Notes under the pieces: model-generated | Seen by the model: only the letters and a program-made list of their open reading frames with translations | What the model was told of the DNA's origin: nothing | Database searches by the model: none | NCBI GenBank assembly: GCA_965222885.1 | Contig: OZ244973.1 | Span: 3,946,141 to 4,010,140, forward strand | Length of the DNA stretch: 64,000 nucleotides | Reading direction: 5' to 3' | Origin: Terriglobia bacterium | GTDB lineage: Bacteria; Acidobacteriota; Terriglobia; UBA7540; JAPUME01 | Part shown: positions 11,034 to 21,768 of the stretch, one piece after another | Numbering within the stretch: the first letter of the stretch is position 1 | Layout of the letters: every line of letters starts with the position of its first letter | Program-made: the position numbers and the translations under genes

Positions 11034-12194
11034 GTGATGGATAAACCGAGCCTTTCCAGAAGGGACATGTTGATGCAGAGCGGGGCGGCGTTGGCCGGGT
11101 TCGCTCTATGGCCCGCGTCCCTGAAAAGTCAGATTCTCTCGGGCCGACCCGGGGAAGAGGTCATCCCTTTTCTGGACCCACCGCCCCCGCCATCCAGCCC
11201 CGGACGAAAACTGCTGGATTGGCAAAAACTCGACTCCTGGATCACCCCGAACGAGAAATTCTTCCAAGTCTCCCACTACGACAAGCCCGTCCTGAATGAA
11301 AGAACTTGGAAATTGGAAATCACGGGCTTGGTCCAGCACCCGAAAACCCTTACGTTGGGAGAGCTGAAGGCGCGGCAGCCGAAGGAAGTCATTTATACGT
11401 TGGAGTGCTCGGGAAATCACGGCTTTCCCTCGTTCGTCGGAGGCATCGGGAATGCACGTTGGGCCGGAACTCCACTGGCCTCCATCCTGAAGGAAGCCGG
11501 CGTTCTGGATAAGGGAATCGAGGTCGTCTTTTTCGGCACCGATGCAGGGGAGGAAGAAATCCGCGGCCACAAGGTGAAGCAGAACTTCGCCCGCAGCCTG
11601 TCTCTGGACGACGCGCTGAATCCGAACAACATCCTCTGCTACCAGATGAACGGGGAGCCGCTGCCCCCGCTCCACGGCTACCCGGTCCGACTGATTGCGC
11701 CCGGTTGGTTCGGAATCGCCAACGTCAAATGGCTCAAGCGGATCGAGGTGATCCATACGCGCTACATGGGACGCTTCATGGGTAGAGATTACGTGACCCT
11801 CCGGGGTGAGCAACGGAAGGGAGAAACCGTCTGGATGGAAACTTCCGTCGGGCGGACCTTGCTCAAGTCGGTTGCGGCCAAGGTCACCCGCAAGGATGAC
11901 CGCTACCGGATTATCGGCGCGGCCTGGGGAGCCCCCCTTCAGCGAGTCGAAGTTCGCATCGACGACGGCCCCTGGAGGCCGGCCACGATCAACGAGGGCC
12001 AGCAAGCCGAGTTCGCCTGGAAAATCTGGCACCTGGATTGGGAAAATCCCTCGTCGGGAGAACACACGATCGTCTCCCGCGCCGTCGATACCGAGGGCAA
12101 TATCCAGCCCGGCACGGACGATCCCTGGATCACCCTCAAGCGCACCTATTGGGAGAGTAACGGCCAGGTTCGGCGGCGAGTTCGGATCTCCTGA
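11034..12194 (+). CDS. sulfite-oxidase-family molybdopterin oxidoreductase (Tat-exported)
   Basis: Twin-arginine motif SRRDMLMQSGAALAGFAL. YTLECSGNHG (Mo-ligand Cys context). GYPVRLIAPGWFG. Confidence 0.75.
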   Translation: MMDKPSLSRRDMLMQSGAALAGFALWPASLKSQILSGRPGEEVIPFLDPPPPPSSPGRKLLDWQKLDSWITPNEKFFQVSHYDKPVLNERTWKLEITGLVQHPKTLTLGELKARQPKEVIYTLECSGNHGFPSFVGGIGNARWAGTPLASILKEAGVLDKGIEVVFFGTDAGEEEIRGHKVKQNFARSLSLDDALNPNNILCYQMNGEPLPPLHGYPVRLIAPGWFGIANVKWLKRIEVIHTRYMGRFMGRDYVTLRGEQRKGETVWMETSVGRTLLKSVAAKVTRKDDRYRIIGAAWGAPLQRVEVRIDDGPWRPATINEGQQAEFAWKIWHLDWENPSSGEHTIVSRAVDTEGNIQPGTDDPWITLKRTYWESNGQVRRRVRIS

Positions 12195-12416
12195 CTGCGC
12201 CACCCCCCAGGCTCCCTCGCTGTCCGGCCAAGCTCAACCGATGCCGGAATGGAGCCGTTGCCGTTTCCGGGTGAAACTTCCCAGGGCCATGCCCTTCGAG
12301 GGGCTTGACTTTGCTCTTGGTTTGGAAATAATGGGGGCGTCTCCAATCCAAACTTTTAGACCTCTTTCGGCCTACGCGGGGCCCAAGGGGAAATCTCCGG
12401 GAAAGGAATACCAGTC

Positions 12417-13466
12417 ATGCGAAAAATAAAGGGGCCTGCCGTTCTGCTGGCGCAATTTTTACGGGATGAAGAACCCTTCAACAACCTCAAGAACATCGCC
12501 AAGTGGTTTGCGGGGATGGGATACAAGGGGCTGCAGATCCCCGGTTGGGACCCCCGGACCATTGATCTCAACCAGGCCGCAGAATCGAAGACCTATTGTG
12601 ATGAATATAAAGGAATACTCCAGGAGCTGGGATTGGAGGTGACCGAGGTGGCAGGCCACTTGCAAGGCCAAGTTCTGGCGATCCACCCGGCCTACGAAGT
12701 CATGTTCGAGGCATTCCACCCGGAGGGTCTGAAGGGAGAGGCGAGAACCGACTGGGCCGCCGGGGAACTGAAAAAAGTCATCCAGGCTTCGGCCAATCTG
12801 GGCACTACCAACCTTCCGGTTATGTCGGGCGGCTTTGCCTGGCACACGATCTACCCTTGGCCTCAGCGCCCGCAGGGAATTGTTGACGAAGCCTTCAAAG
12901 AACTTGCCAAGCGCTGGAAGCCCATACTGGACGCCGCCCACGAAAAGGGACTCTACGTCACCTACGAGCTTCACCCGGGCTCGGACGTTTACGACGGGGC
13001 GACCTTCGAGATGTTCCTGAACTACACGCAGAATCATCCCGCCGCCGGTATCAACTACGATCCCAGCCACTTCGTTCTCCAGCAACTGGATTATTTGGAT
13101 TTCATCCGGCTCTATGGGGACCGCATCAAAGGCTTCCACGTCAAGGATGCCGAGTTCCGACCCAGCGGACGCGTCGGGGTCTATGGGGGCTACCAATCCT
13201 GGGCCGGACGCGCGGGGCGATTCCGCTCCTTGGGAGACGGGCAGGTGGACTTCCACCGTGTTTTTACCCTATTGACCGAGGCGGGCTTCGACGGCTGGGC
13301 CGTTCTGGAATGGGAGTGCTGTGTCAAAAGTCCCGAGCAAGGAGCCCGGGAAGGCGCCCCGTTCATCGCCCAGCACCTGATCGAAGCCACCGAGGTTGCC
13401 TTCGACGACTTCGCCGCGGGCAAGGCGGACCCGGAACGGAACCGAAAAATTCTCGGCTTAACTTAA
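12417..13466 (+). CDS. sugar phosphate isomerase/epimerase (xylose-isomerase-like TIM barrel)
   Basis: 349 aa. Pattern YELHPGSDVYDG...GINYDPSHFVLQ...HVKDAE...FDGWAVLEWE. Confidence 0.6.
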   Translation: MRKIKGPAVLLAQFLRDEEPFNNLKNIAKWFAGMGYKGLQIPGWDPRTIDLNQAAESKTYCDEYKGILQELGLEVTEVAGHLQGQVLAIHPAYEVMFEAFHPEGLKGEARTDWAAGELKKVIQASANLGTTNLPVMSGGFAWHTIYPWPQRPQGIVDEAFKELAKRWKPILDAAHEKGLYVTYELHPGSDVYDGATFEMFLNYTQNHPAAGINYDPSHFVLQQLDYLDFIRLYGDRIKGFHVKDAEFRPSGRVGVYGGYQSWAGRAGRFRSLGDGQVDFHRVFTLLTEAGFDGWAVLEWECCVKSPEQGAREGAPFIAQHLIEATEVAFDDFAAGKADPERNRKILGLT

Positions 13467-13513
13467 ATGAAGCAGGATGAAATCCAGATCAAAGGGAGAG
13501 GAAAGGACCTGGT

Positions 13514-14677
13514 ATGAATTCCCGGCAACGTAAACTGCGGATGGGGATGGTAGGGGGAGGGCAAGGCGCCTTCATCGGCGCAGTCCACCGGATTGCTGCC
13601 ACGCTGGATCAACAGGTGGAGCTGGTGACCGGCTGCTTCTCCCGCGACCCCGAAAATACAAGGGTGACGGGAGAGCAGCTCTATTTGGATCCCGGGCGCT
13701 GCTATAAGACCTATGAAGAGATGGCTGCTGCCGAGGCGAAACTGTCCGCCGATAAGCGCATCGACTTTGTCGCCGTCGTCACGCCGAATGTCTCGCACTA
13801 CGCTATTTCCAAGACGTTTCTGGAGACGGGTTTCCATGTGGTCTGCGACAAGCCCGTCACCCACAGCCTGGACGAGGCGAAGAAGCTGCGCGACGTGGTG
13901 AAAAAGACGGGGCTCGTCTTTACTCTCACGCACAACTACACGGGGCATCCTCTGGTCCGGCACGCCCGGCATCTGTTCGGTTCCAAGCAGATGGGCACGG
14001 TGCGGAAAGCGATTGTCGAATACCTGCAAGAGTTCCTGATGACGCCGCTCGAGAAACAGGGCATGAAGCAGGCCGTCTGGCGCGTCGATCCGGCGCAGGC
14101 AGGAATAGGCGGAACCCTGGGCGACGTCGGGACGCATTGCGTGAACCTTCTGGAATACGTAACCGGAGACCCGATCAGCGAGCTCTGCGCCGACAAAAGC
14201 ACCTTCCTGCCCGACCGCAAACTCGACGAGGATGCCAACATTCTGCTGCGATTTCGGGGCGGCGGGAAGGGTGTATTGACGATCAGTCAGATCGCCGCGG
14301 GAGAGGAGAACGGCCTGAAGTTACGCGTATATGCTACCGAAGGGGCCATCCGCTGGGAGCAAGAGAATCCCAACTACCTTGACGTTTATCGCCCGGGCCA
14401 ACCTCGGCAGACCCTCACTCGAGGCCATGCAGAATACCTTTCCGATCCGGCAACCTCCAGCACACGAATCCCGGTGGGGCATCCTGAAGGTTACCTGGAA
14501 GCCTTCGCGACGATTTACGCGGGAGCCGTGGAAGCCATTCGCCGCCACCTCGAGGGCAAGCCCATGAATCCCGAAGAGTACAACTTCCCTACCATCGACG
14601 ACGGCGTTCGGGGCATGGAGTTCATCACCAAAGCCGTTGCATCCGCTGAGAAGGGATCCGTTTGGGTGAAGATGTGA
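13514..14677 (+). CDS. Gfo/Idh/MocA family oxidoreductase
   Basis: Rossmann N-terminus LRMGMVGGGQGAFIG and CDKPV motif. Adjacent to a TIM-barrel isomerase, as is common for this family. Confidence 0.75.
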   Translation: MNSRQRKLRMGMVGGGQGAFIGAVHRIAATLDQQVELVTGCFSRDPENTRVTGEQLYLDPGRCYKTYEEMAAAEAKLSADKRIDFVAVVTPNVSHYAISKTFLETGFHVVCDKPVTHSLDEAKKLRDVVKKTGLVFTLTHNYTGHPLVRHARHLFGSKQMGTVRKAIVEYLQEFLMTPLEKQGMKQAVWRVDPAQAGIGGTLGDVGTHCVNLLEYVTGDPISELCADKSTFLPDRKLDEDANILLRFRGGGKGVLTISQIAAGEENGLKLRVYATEGAIRWEQENPNYLDVYRPGQPRQTLTRGHAEYLSDPATSSTRIPVGHPEGYLEAFATIYAGAVEAIRRHLEGKPMNPEEYNFPTIDDGVRGMEFITKAVASAEKGSVWVKM

Positions 14678-14767
14678 GATAGCAGCAGGCCCAAGAAGGT
14701 TCGGCTTTAGGGGGAGCGATGTCACCCTGCAGGCGAGGATTCTCTCCTTTCGGGTCCAGAAGGACTT

Positions 14768-15685
14768 TCAGATCTCCCTGAGCTTTTGAAGTTGCTCGAC
14801 AATCTGCCGGTCTCGTTTTTCGATCAGTTCAGTGGGATTGCGAACCGTCCAATCGTAGAATCCCCGTCCGGTCTTCATCCCCAACTGCTTCTGCTCGACC
14901 CGCTGCGAAAGGACGTTTCCGGCCGCATGATTGTCGGCAAGGTCCGTGAGCAGATAGTCCTGGATCGTTTTGATCAGGTCCAGTCCCACCAAGTCCATGT
15001 TCTCCAGAGGACCCACCGCCGGCATCCGCAAGCCGAAGGTAAGTTTAGCGACTAAATCGACCTCCTGCGGGCCGGCAACACCTTGCTCGACCAGAGCAAT
15101 AGCCTCCCGCCACAGGGCGTGCAACATCCGGTTGCCGACAAACCCGGGCACGTCCTTGTTGACCCTCACCGGCACCTTTCCCAGCGCTTCCACCAGCCCC
15201 ACCACTCGATCCATAGCCTCAGCGCGCGTATTTCCTCCCCGCACCACTTCTACCAGCGGCATCAGATGGGCCGGATTCCAGAAATGAGTGCCCACAAGCT
15301 GCCCGTCACATCCAGCCAGGCGGTCCATTTCCGAGATGCTGAGTCCGGAAGTGATGGTCGCCACGACACCGCCGCGGCGTATGCAGCCGGCCAACCGGCG
15401 AAAGAGCTTCACTTTCTCGGAGAGGTCCTCGGTGATCGCCTCGAAAACAATCTCAGCCTCGGAGTTGATCGGATCCACCTGGGGACAAGGAACAACTTCC
15501 CCGGGCGGTTTCTCAGACGTGCCTAGATGTTCGCCCATCCAGGTGTCCATCTCTCCGAGGCGCTCTTTCACCCGTCGGAGTTTCTCAGGGTCCCGATCGT
15601 GGACGAGCACCTGAAATCCGGCTCGCCGAGCCGATAGCGTCACCCCCAACCCCATCTGTCCCAGCCCGCAAACTCCCAGGGTCAT
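14768..15685 (-). CDS. 3-hydroxyacyl-CoA dehydrogenase family protein
   Basis: N-terminal GVCGLGQMGLGV NAD fold. HFWNPAHLMPLVEVV and PGFVGNRM motifs. Confidence 0.7.
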   Translation of the reverse strand: MTLGVCGLGQMGLGVTLSARRAGFQVLVHDRDPEKLRRVKERLGEMDTWMGEHLGTSEKPPGEVVPCPQVDPINSEAEIVFEAITEDLSEKVKLFRRLAGCIRRGGVVATITSGLSISEMDRLAGCDGQLVGTHFWNPAHLMPLVEVVRGGNTRAEAMDRVVGLVEALGKVPVRVNKDVPGFVGNRMLHALWREAIALVEQGVAGPQEVDLVAKLTFGLRMPAVGPLENMDLVGLDLIKTIQDYLLTDLADNHAAGNVLSQRVEQKQLGMKTGRGFYDWTVRNPTELIEKRDRQIVEQLQKLREI

Positions 15686-16512
15686 GGCTCTTCACTCCGC
15701 TTGGGTTTTTTGGGCGGGGCCGCAGAAACTCCGCTCAAGCCTCCCTGCACTCGTAAAACCTCACCCGTGATCCAGGCGGCCTTCTCGCTCAACAGGAAAC
15801 AGACTCCCTGGGCTATATCCAGCGCTTCGCCCCACCGGCCCAACGGGATAGACTGACGAATCTTTTCGATCATTTGATCCTCGGAAATGCCGAGACTCTG
15901 GGAACGTTGCGCCATCACCTTGCGATTGAAATCCGTATAAACGGGTCCCGGACTCACCGCGTTCACACGGACAGAATAGGGCGCAAGCTCCAGCGCCAGG
16001 GTGCGCGTCAAGCTGGTCACACCCGCTTTGGCCACGTTGTAGGCGGCCACCAGCGCGGCCGGGTTTTCCCCATTGAGCGAGGAGATGTTTACAATGGCTC
16101 CCGACTCCCGCTCGCGCATTCGAGAACCCACTTCCCGGCAGCAGAGGAAACATCCGGTGAGGTTGACGTCCAATACTTTACGCCACTCCTCAAGAGCCAG
16201 CCGGGTGGTCTCGCCGACGTTCTGGCCGAGACCCGCGTTGTTCACGAGAAAGTCGATCGGACCCCACTCCCGTTCAACCCTGTGTACCAGGTCTCGGACC
16301 GATGCTTCCTCGGTTACATCCGTTACCACGGCGAGTGCTTGTCCCCCCGCCGCGCGAATCTCAGCTTCGGCATTCTTGCCGGTAAGCGCGGAAATCTCCC
16401 CAATCACGACGCGGGCGCCACGCCGGGCAAGCTCGGCTGCGATTTCGCGGCCCAGCCCCTTTCCCGCACCCGTTACCACCGCTACCCGATCTTTGAATTC
16501 ATGCCCACTCAT
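15682..16512 (-). CDS. SDR family oxidoreductase
   Basis: VAVVTGAGKGLG (TGxxxGxG), NNAG, YNVAKAG (YxxxK). 4-nt overlap with the downstream gene. Confidence 0.8.
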   Translation of the reverse strand: MSGHEFKDRVAVVTGAGKGLGREIAAELARRGARVVIGEISALTGKNAEAEIRAAGGQALAVVTDVTEEASVRDLVHRVEREWGPIDFLVNNAGLGQNVGETTRLALEEWRKVLDVNLTGCFLCCREVGSRMRERESGAIVNISSLNGENPAALVAAYNVAKAGVTSLTRTLALELAPYSVRVNAVSPGPVYTDFNRKVMAQRSQSLGISEDQMIEKIRQSIPLGRWGEALDIAQGVCFLLSEKAAWITGEVLRVQGGLSGVSAAPPKKPKRSEEP

Positions 16513-16608
16513 AGCTGCCGCATCCTAGACGGATTTTAATAAGCCCGGAAGAAAACCCCCGGATTATGGGTTATACTTTTTCCAAATCTCAGGAGGAAGC
16601 TCATCACC

Positions 16609-17451
16609 ATGACCAGAGACCGAGGGAAGAAGCTTGCTACTGCGGGCGACCCTGCCCAGAATCCCGTCGCGCATTGTCACCGATTTCCGGGGATGTCGTG
16701 GGTGATGCTGCTTTCCACCTTAATCTTACTGGGCGCTTTCGCAACGGCGCAAAACACGTCGCAGGTGTACAACTCCGCCGACCGGCCTTCCGCGCTGGCT
16801 CTCATCGGTGACCGCTATCATAGCCCGATTTACATTCGGGATCATCTTGCGCCCGCGTTCGTGCGGGAAAACATTCCGGTGACGTTTATTGAAAACGACC
16901 AGGCGCTCACGGCCGAGGCTCTGCGGAAATTCCGGCTGCTGGTGATTCTCCGCGATGGCATGAACTGGCCCGACGGCTACGACAAACCCCACGTCAAGTG
17001 GATGACGGATGCCCAGCAGCAGGCCATCTGGGACTTCGTCCACGGAGGCGGAGGCTTCCTGGCACTGCACAATTCCCACGGCATCTACCCTCCGGACGGC
17101 CTCTATTACAAACTTTTCGGCGGAGACTACGGCGGCCACCCGCCTCCGGCCACCTTCACCGTCCGCATCGAAGATAAAAACCACTCGATTACCGCCGGAG
17201 TCGAGGATTTTGAGATTTTCGACGAACAGCACATGAGCAAATACTACCTGGACCGCGAACACCTGTTGCTGCGCAGCATGTCACGGGGAAACGATATGGC
17301 GCCCGCCGGATGGTGGCGTGAGCTCGGCAAGGGGCGGTTCGTCTATCTGGCTCCCGGACACACGCCGGAGGCTTTGGGGCACCCCATGATGCAGAGGTTG
17401 ATTCGCAACAGCTTCCGCTGGCTGCTTCGCCAGGACGAGGCCGCGCCCTAA
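16609..17451 (+). CDS. ThuA-domain protein
   Basis: Pattern FRLLVILRDG...GGGFLALHNS...GGHPP...F.I.DE. The likely true start is the Met at 16693, ahead of a signal-like helix. Confidence 0.5.
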   Translation: MTRDRGKKLATAGDPAQNPVAHCHRFPGMSWVMLLSTLILLGAFATAQNTSQVYNSADRPSALALIGDRYHSPIYIRDHLAPAFVRENIPVTFIENDQALTAEALRKFRLLVILRDGMNWPDGYDKPHVKWMTDAQQQAIWDFVHGGGGFLALHNSHGIYPPDGLYYKLFGGDYGGHPPPATFTVRIEDKNHSITAGVEDFEIFDEQHMSKYYLDREHLLLRSMSRGNDMAPAGWWRELGKGRFVYLAPGHTPEALGHPMMQRLIRNSFRWLLRQDEAAP

Positions 17452-17569
17452 CCAATGCGACGCCTCCCGCTCAAGGCAACCGTCCAGCAAAGCCATCCGC
17501 CTGACCCCTGCATTCTTCCCTCCCCTCCGACCCGCCAACCCTTGACTGGGCAAGAAGCCATGGAGGGCG

Positions 17570-18662
17570 CTACCGGACCCGGGCCAGCAAAAAGGCCTTC
17601 GTAAACATGGCGAGGTCGCCATCCAGGACCCGGTCCACGTCACCGATCTCCACCTTGGTGCGATGGTCCTTGACGAGCCGGTACGGGTGGAGGACATAGG
17701 ATCGAATCTGGCTGCCGAAGTCTATGTTGGCTTTGGAGGCTTCCAGCTTTTCGGTTTCGGCGCGCTTCCTTTGCAACTCGATCTCATAGAGTTTGGAACG
17801 CAGAATCTTCATGGCTATTTCGCGGTTGCGGTGCTGGGAACGTTCATTCTGGCACTGCGCCACGGTATTCGTAGGCAGGTGAGTGACGCGAACCGCCGAG
17901 TCGGTGACGTTAACGTGCTGCCCACCACTGCCTGAAGACCGATAGGTGTCAATGCGGATATCCTCGGGCCGAAGGTCGATTTCGATCTTGTCGTCGATCT
18001 CCGGGCTTACAAAAACGGAGGCAAAGGAGGTGTGGCGCCGCTTGGCGGCATCAAAAGGCGAAATACGAACCAGTCGGTGCACGCCGATTTCCGGGGTCAG
18101 CAGGCCGTAGGCTCTCTCTCCGGCGACGGTAAACGTAGCCGACTTCAATCCGGCCTCTTCCCCCGGCTGATATTCGTTCAAGGCCGCTCGAAAACCGCGC
18201 GACTCCGACCATCTTAGATACATACGCAGGAGCATTTCGGCCCAGTCCTGGGATTCGGTGCCGCCGGCACCCGGATGAATCGTGACAATGGCATTCGATC
18301 GATCATTCGGACCGCTGAGCAGGACGACACTTTCGATCTGATCCACGTCGGCTTCAGCCGCCGCCAAGCCGGCATCCAAATCGGCTGCCACTTCCTCACC
18401 TTCTCGGGCCAACTCCAAGTAGGTCTCCAGGTCGCTCAGTTTGGTTTCCAGTCGGGCTTGAGTCTCTACGTCCTGTTCCAGCGCACGGCGGGTCTGCGCG
18501 AGCCTTTGCGACCGTTCCCGGTCCGCCCAAACGTCCGGCGAGGCCAGCCGTTTCTCCACCTTTTCGAGCTCCCGCTTTTTAGCAGGAGCGTCAAAGAAAA
18601 CTCCGCAGGTCTTCCATGCGCGACTTCAGTCCGTTGAATCTCTTTTGATACTCGTCAATCAC
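17570..18662 (-). CDS. prfB: peptide chain release factor 2 (programmed +1 frameshift)
   Basis: The ORF track shows only the 329-aa downstream frame (SPF and GGQ motifs: SGSGGQHVN). Upstream, GTG at 18662 (RBS AAGGAG) opens 23 codons (MIDEYQKRFNGLKSRMEDLRSFL) that end at an in-frame TGA within CTT TGA C. A +1 shift continues DAPAKKRELEKVEKRLASPDVW. Confidence 0.9.
18590..18596 (-). promoter_or_regulatory. RF2 autoregulatory +1 frameshift site (CTT TGA C)
   Basis: The minus strand reads GGAG TTTT CTT TGA C. This is an SD-like GGAG, then the canonical CUU UGA C shift site. Confidence 0.85.
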
Positions 18663-18676
18663 GGTTTCTCCTTGTC

Positions 18677-20230
18677 CTACGAGTTTGTTTCCTGCAAGGG
18701 TCGAGATTGGGCGAAACCTGCCAGCAACGCGGCCAGGGATGCCAGGCAGCAAAACCAGGCAAAAATGTCACCGTGCCGAGTGTAGAGGCTCTGCTCGCCG
18801 TTGTAGTCGAACTTTCCCACCAGAAGGGTGGAGTGGAATTGGGGCGCCCGCTTTACGACCCGACCGTAGGGGTCCACCACGGCCGTAATTCCGTTATTGG
18901 CGGCTCGAAGCAGATAGCGGCGATTCTCAATGGCCCGCAAGCGAGCCATGGCCAAGTGCTGCGCGGGAGCCGACGATTCGCCGAACCAAGCATCGTTCGA
19001 AATGTTGATCAACACCTCCGCCCCCTGCAAGGCGAATTGCCGCACCAAACCGGGGAAAATGGCCTCGTAGCAGATGAACACGCCGAGGCGGCCCTGATCC
19101 GTCCGCCCGACGGGAAAATTGCGACCGGGCTGAAAATTTCCCGCTTCCGAAGTGATTTTTCCAATCTTGTCCGGGAAAGCCCAGGCAGGCACATACTCCC
19201 CGAAGGGAACCAAGTGAATCTTATCATACTCGAGCCGGAGCTCACCCCGAGGTGAGATCAAGACGGCGCTGTTGCGCGGCTTGGGAGGCGACTCATCGGT
19301 AAAGTTCACCGTGCCCAGCAGAAGGTAAGCATGGGCGTCTTGCGCCCAGGAGGTCACCCAACGACGAAACTCCACGTCGCGATGGAAGTAGAACGGAGCC
19401 GAGCTCTCCGGCCAGACCACCAGAGGAGCCTCCCGATGCGAATCCCGGCGGACCCGCTGAACGGTCATCTGGAACATTTGTCGCCAATCCTGGTATTCCG
19501 GGGCCCTTCCTGGTTGCTTGGGATCATCTCCGGGAAGAGGCACGTCCGGTTGAACCAAATAGGCCCTTGCCGTTCCCCTGGGTTCGCCTTGAGCAGGCGG
19601 CATGAACACCCCGTCGGCCAACGCCAGCACGCAAAGCCATGCTATCGCCATCCACTTCACCTTGCGGAAAGGTAACGACACTCCCGCCGCGATCCACGCA
19701 TTCGTCGCCAGGGCAAGAAATGAGAGTCCATAAACACCCGTCACGGCCGCCAACTGCCGGAGCCCCAGATCCGCCACGGCGTATCCCGTCAGATTCCAGG
19801 GAAACCCGGTGATCAGGTAGGTACGCGCGAATTCCAGTGCCACCCACAAGGCGGGAGCACTCGCCAGAGCCAAAAAACGAGAGCGGCGCGCCACCCATCC
19901 CACCGCGAATCCAAAGGCACCATAAAAGCCCGCCAGTACCAGAGCCATCAATAACAGCACCCCCACGGCCCACAGTCTGGGAAGGCCTCCGTACCGGTGC
20001 ACTACCCCGGTGATCCAGTAGCAACTGCTGAGAAAAAAGACCACTCCGGCCAGGTAACCCCAAAGGAAAGCCCGCGGGAGACGCGACTCCTCGAGGACCA
20101 CGACGAGGAGAGGGACGATTCCCACCCAGACAAGAAAGGAAATTTCGGCATTCGGAAAGCACAGGCTCAAGACCGCACCCGAAGCGGCGCTCAAGCCTGC
20201 CCGGTACACGACGGTGCGGGGAAAAGGCAT
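18677..20230 (-). CDS. lnt: apolipoprotein N-acyltransferase
   Basis: 517 aa. Multi-TM N-terminal half plus a C-terminal CN-hydrolase domain (VVWPESS, ICYEAIFP). Confidence 0.85.
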   Translation of the reverse strand: MPFPRTVVYRAGLSAASGAVLSLCFPNAEISFLVWVGIVPLLVVVLEESRLPRAFLWGYLAGVVFFLSSCYWITGVVHRYGGLPRLWAVGVLLLMALVLAGFYGAFGFAVGWVARRSRFLALASAPALWVALEFARTYLITGFPWNLTGYAVADLGLRQLAAVTGVYGLSFLALATNAWIAAGVSLPFRKVKWMAIAWLCVLALADGVFMPPAQGEPRGTARAYLVQPDVPLPGDDPKQPGRAPEYQDWRQMFQMTVQRVRRDSHREAPLVVWPESSAPFYFHRDVEFRRWVTSWAQDAHAYLLLGTVNFTDESPPKPRNSAVLISPRGELRLEYDKIHLVPFGEYVPAWAFPDKIGKITSEAGNFQPGRNFPVGRTDQGRLGVFICYEAIFPGLVRQFALQGAEVLINISNDAWFGESSAPAQHLAMARLRAIENRRYLLRAANNGITAVVDPYGRVVKRAPQFHSTLLVGKFDYNGEQSLYTRHGDIFAWFCCLASLAALLAGFAQSRPLQETNS

Positions 20231-20308
20231 CCGTTGACTAGAAACCTCAGAATGGGATGGTTCGGGCTGGAAGCGGTGACTTACCGCTTTTGAATGACTT
20301 CTGGGTGG

Positions 20309-20944
20309 CTACTGGCGAATAAATGGCTCAAACCCCTCTTGGGCCAGCTTTTTGCGGAAGACTTCCGCCTTTTCCCGCGTCGCAAAGGGACCCACCTGAA
20401 CCCGGAAAAGCTTGTCGCGGCCCTCCGCGTATTGCGGATGAACGATGAACACCGGATAGTCTTTGGCTTTTAAGGCATGGAGCAACACTTCCACGTCCTT
20501 CTCGGCACGAAGGGCGGCCACCTGTACGGCATAGCCGCTACGGACCGGGGTCCCCTTGGGGGGATTTTCGCGGGCCGGCGCGGAGGAGCCCGAAGGGCTT
20601 GATCCGCTTACCGAGTCCGGCTTTTCCAACCGGACGGCTGCTATCCTGGATTGTTCGGGCGCATTGAAACTCAGGGGCAACTTACCGGATTGGGAGTCCG
20701 CACCGGCCGCCGGTTCTTCCCCCAAGGTCGCTGCCTCCCCAAGAGGTGGCATCGACGGCGAGGTCCCTACCCGTTCCCAGGAAGGCAACAGCTCGCGCTC
20801 TTTGAGCCCCACCAGAAAACCCAGCGAGAAGAAGACTGCACACAGAGCTATGCCGCCGAGAAACACGAAGATCATTTCCCGGCTGGAAAGCCCTCGCGCC
20901 GACCGGAAAGTCGTCCTCTCTTTGCTCATCTTATTTCCTTTCAC
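20309..20944 (-). CDS. SPOR domain protein (membrane anchored)
   Basis: One TM helix, a low-complexity linker, and a C-terminal GYAVQVAALRAEKDVE...FRVQVGPFATREKAEVFRKKL SPOR pattern. Confidence 0.7.
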   Translation of the reverse strand: MKGNKMSKERTTFRSARGLSSREMIFVFLGGIALCAVFFSLGFLVGLKERELLPSWERVGTSPSMPPLGEAATLGEEPAAGADSQSGKLPLSFNAPEQSRIAAVRLEKPDSVSGSSPSGSSAPARENPPKGTPVRSGYAVQVAALRAEKDVEVLLHALKAKDYPVFIVHPQYAEGRDKLFRVQVGPFATREKAEVFRKKLAQEGFEPFIRQ

Positions 20945-21003
20945 GGCCTCGTCCGAGTCCGTCCCGGGTCGCGGGCGGCATCCACCCGATCGAGGACCGT
21001 TTT

Positions 21004-21768
21004 CTATGGGCTGCCGGACCCCTCCTTCACTCCAAACAGGTGTCCCAATAAGTCAACGGGGAGTGGGAAGACGATGGTCGTATTCTTCTCGGTGCCAATC
21101 TCGGTCAGAGTCTGCAAATAGCGAAGCTGAACCGCGATGGGCTCTGCGGCAATGTTCCCGGCCGCCTGGGCCAGCCTCGCAGAGGCCTGGAATTCGCCCT
21201 CGGCGTGGATGACCTTAGCACGGCGTTCGCGCTCGGCCTCGGCCTGCTTGGAGATGGCGCGGACCATTTCCTGGGGCAAATCGACGGTTTTTACCTCCAC
21301 CGATGTCACCTTGATGCCCCACGCGTCGGTTCGTTGATCCAGGATGGACTGGAGGCGGGAGTTGAGCTTTTCCCTTTGGGAAAGCAATTCATCGAGATCG
21401 GACTCGCCCAGCACCGACCGCAAGGTCGTTTGGGCGGCCTGGGAAGTCGCATAGAGATACCGCTCGACCTGGATGATGGCGCTCTGCGCATCCATCACCC
21501 GGTAGAATACCACCGCGTTGACCTTTACCGTGACGTTGTCCCGCGTGATGATGTCCTGAGGAGGAACATCCAGGGTGATAATCCGAAGATCGACTCTGAC
21601 GATCTTATCAATCGGCCAAAGGACCAGGATCAATCCGGGACCTTTGGGATTGGGCAACACCTTTCCCAGCCGAAAAATGACGCCCCGCTCGTATTCGCGG
21701 AGAATCTTTACCGAATTGTAAAACCAAATCACGAATAATATGATCCCGACAATCATCTGTGGACTCAT
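21004..21768 (-). CDS. SPFH/band-7 (stomatin-like) protein
   Basis: The [15 protein letters not shown] start is typical of slipin/stomatin family. 4-nt overlap with the upstream NfeD gene. Confidence 0.85.
   Translation of the reverse strand: MSPQMIVGIILFVIWFYNSVKILREYERGVIFRLGKVLPNPKGPGLILVLWPIDKIVRVDLRIITLDVPPQDIITRDNVTVKVNAVVFYRVMDAQSAIIQVERYLYATSQAAQTTLRSVLGESDLDELLSQREKLNSRLQSILDQRTDAWGIKVTSVEVKTVDLPQEMVRAISKQAEAERERRAKVIHAEGEFQASARLAQAAGNIAAEPIAVQLRYLQTLTEIGTEKNTTIVFPLPVDLLGHLFGVKEGSGSP

Noticed and set aside
11106-12203. 365-aa minus-strand ORF
   Set aside because: It is antisense to the sulfite-oxidase-family gene, has no recognisable motifs, and has a biased composition.
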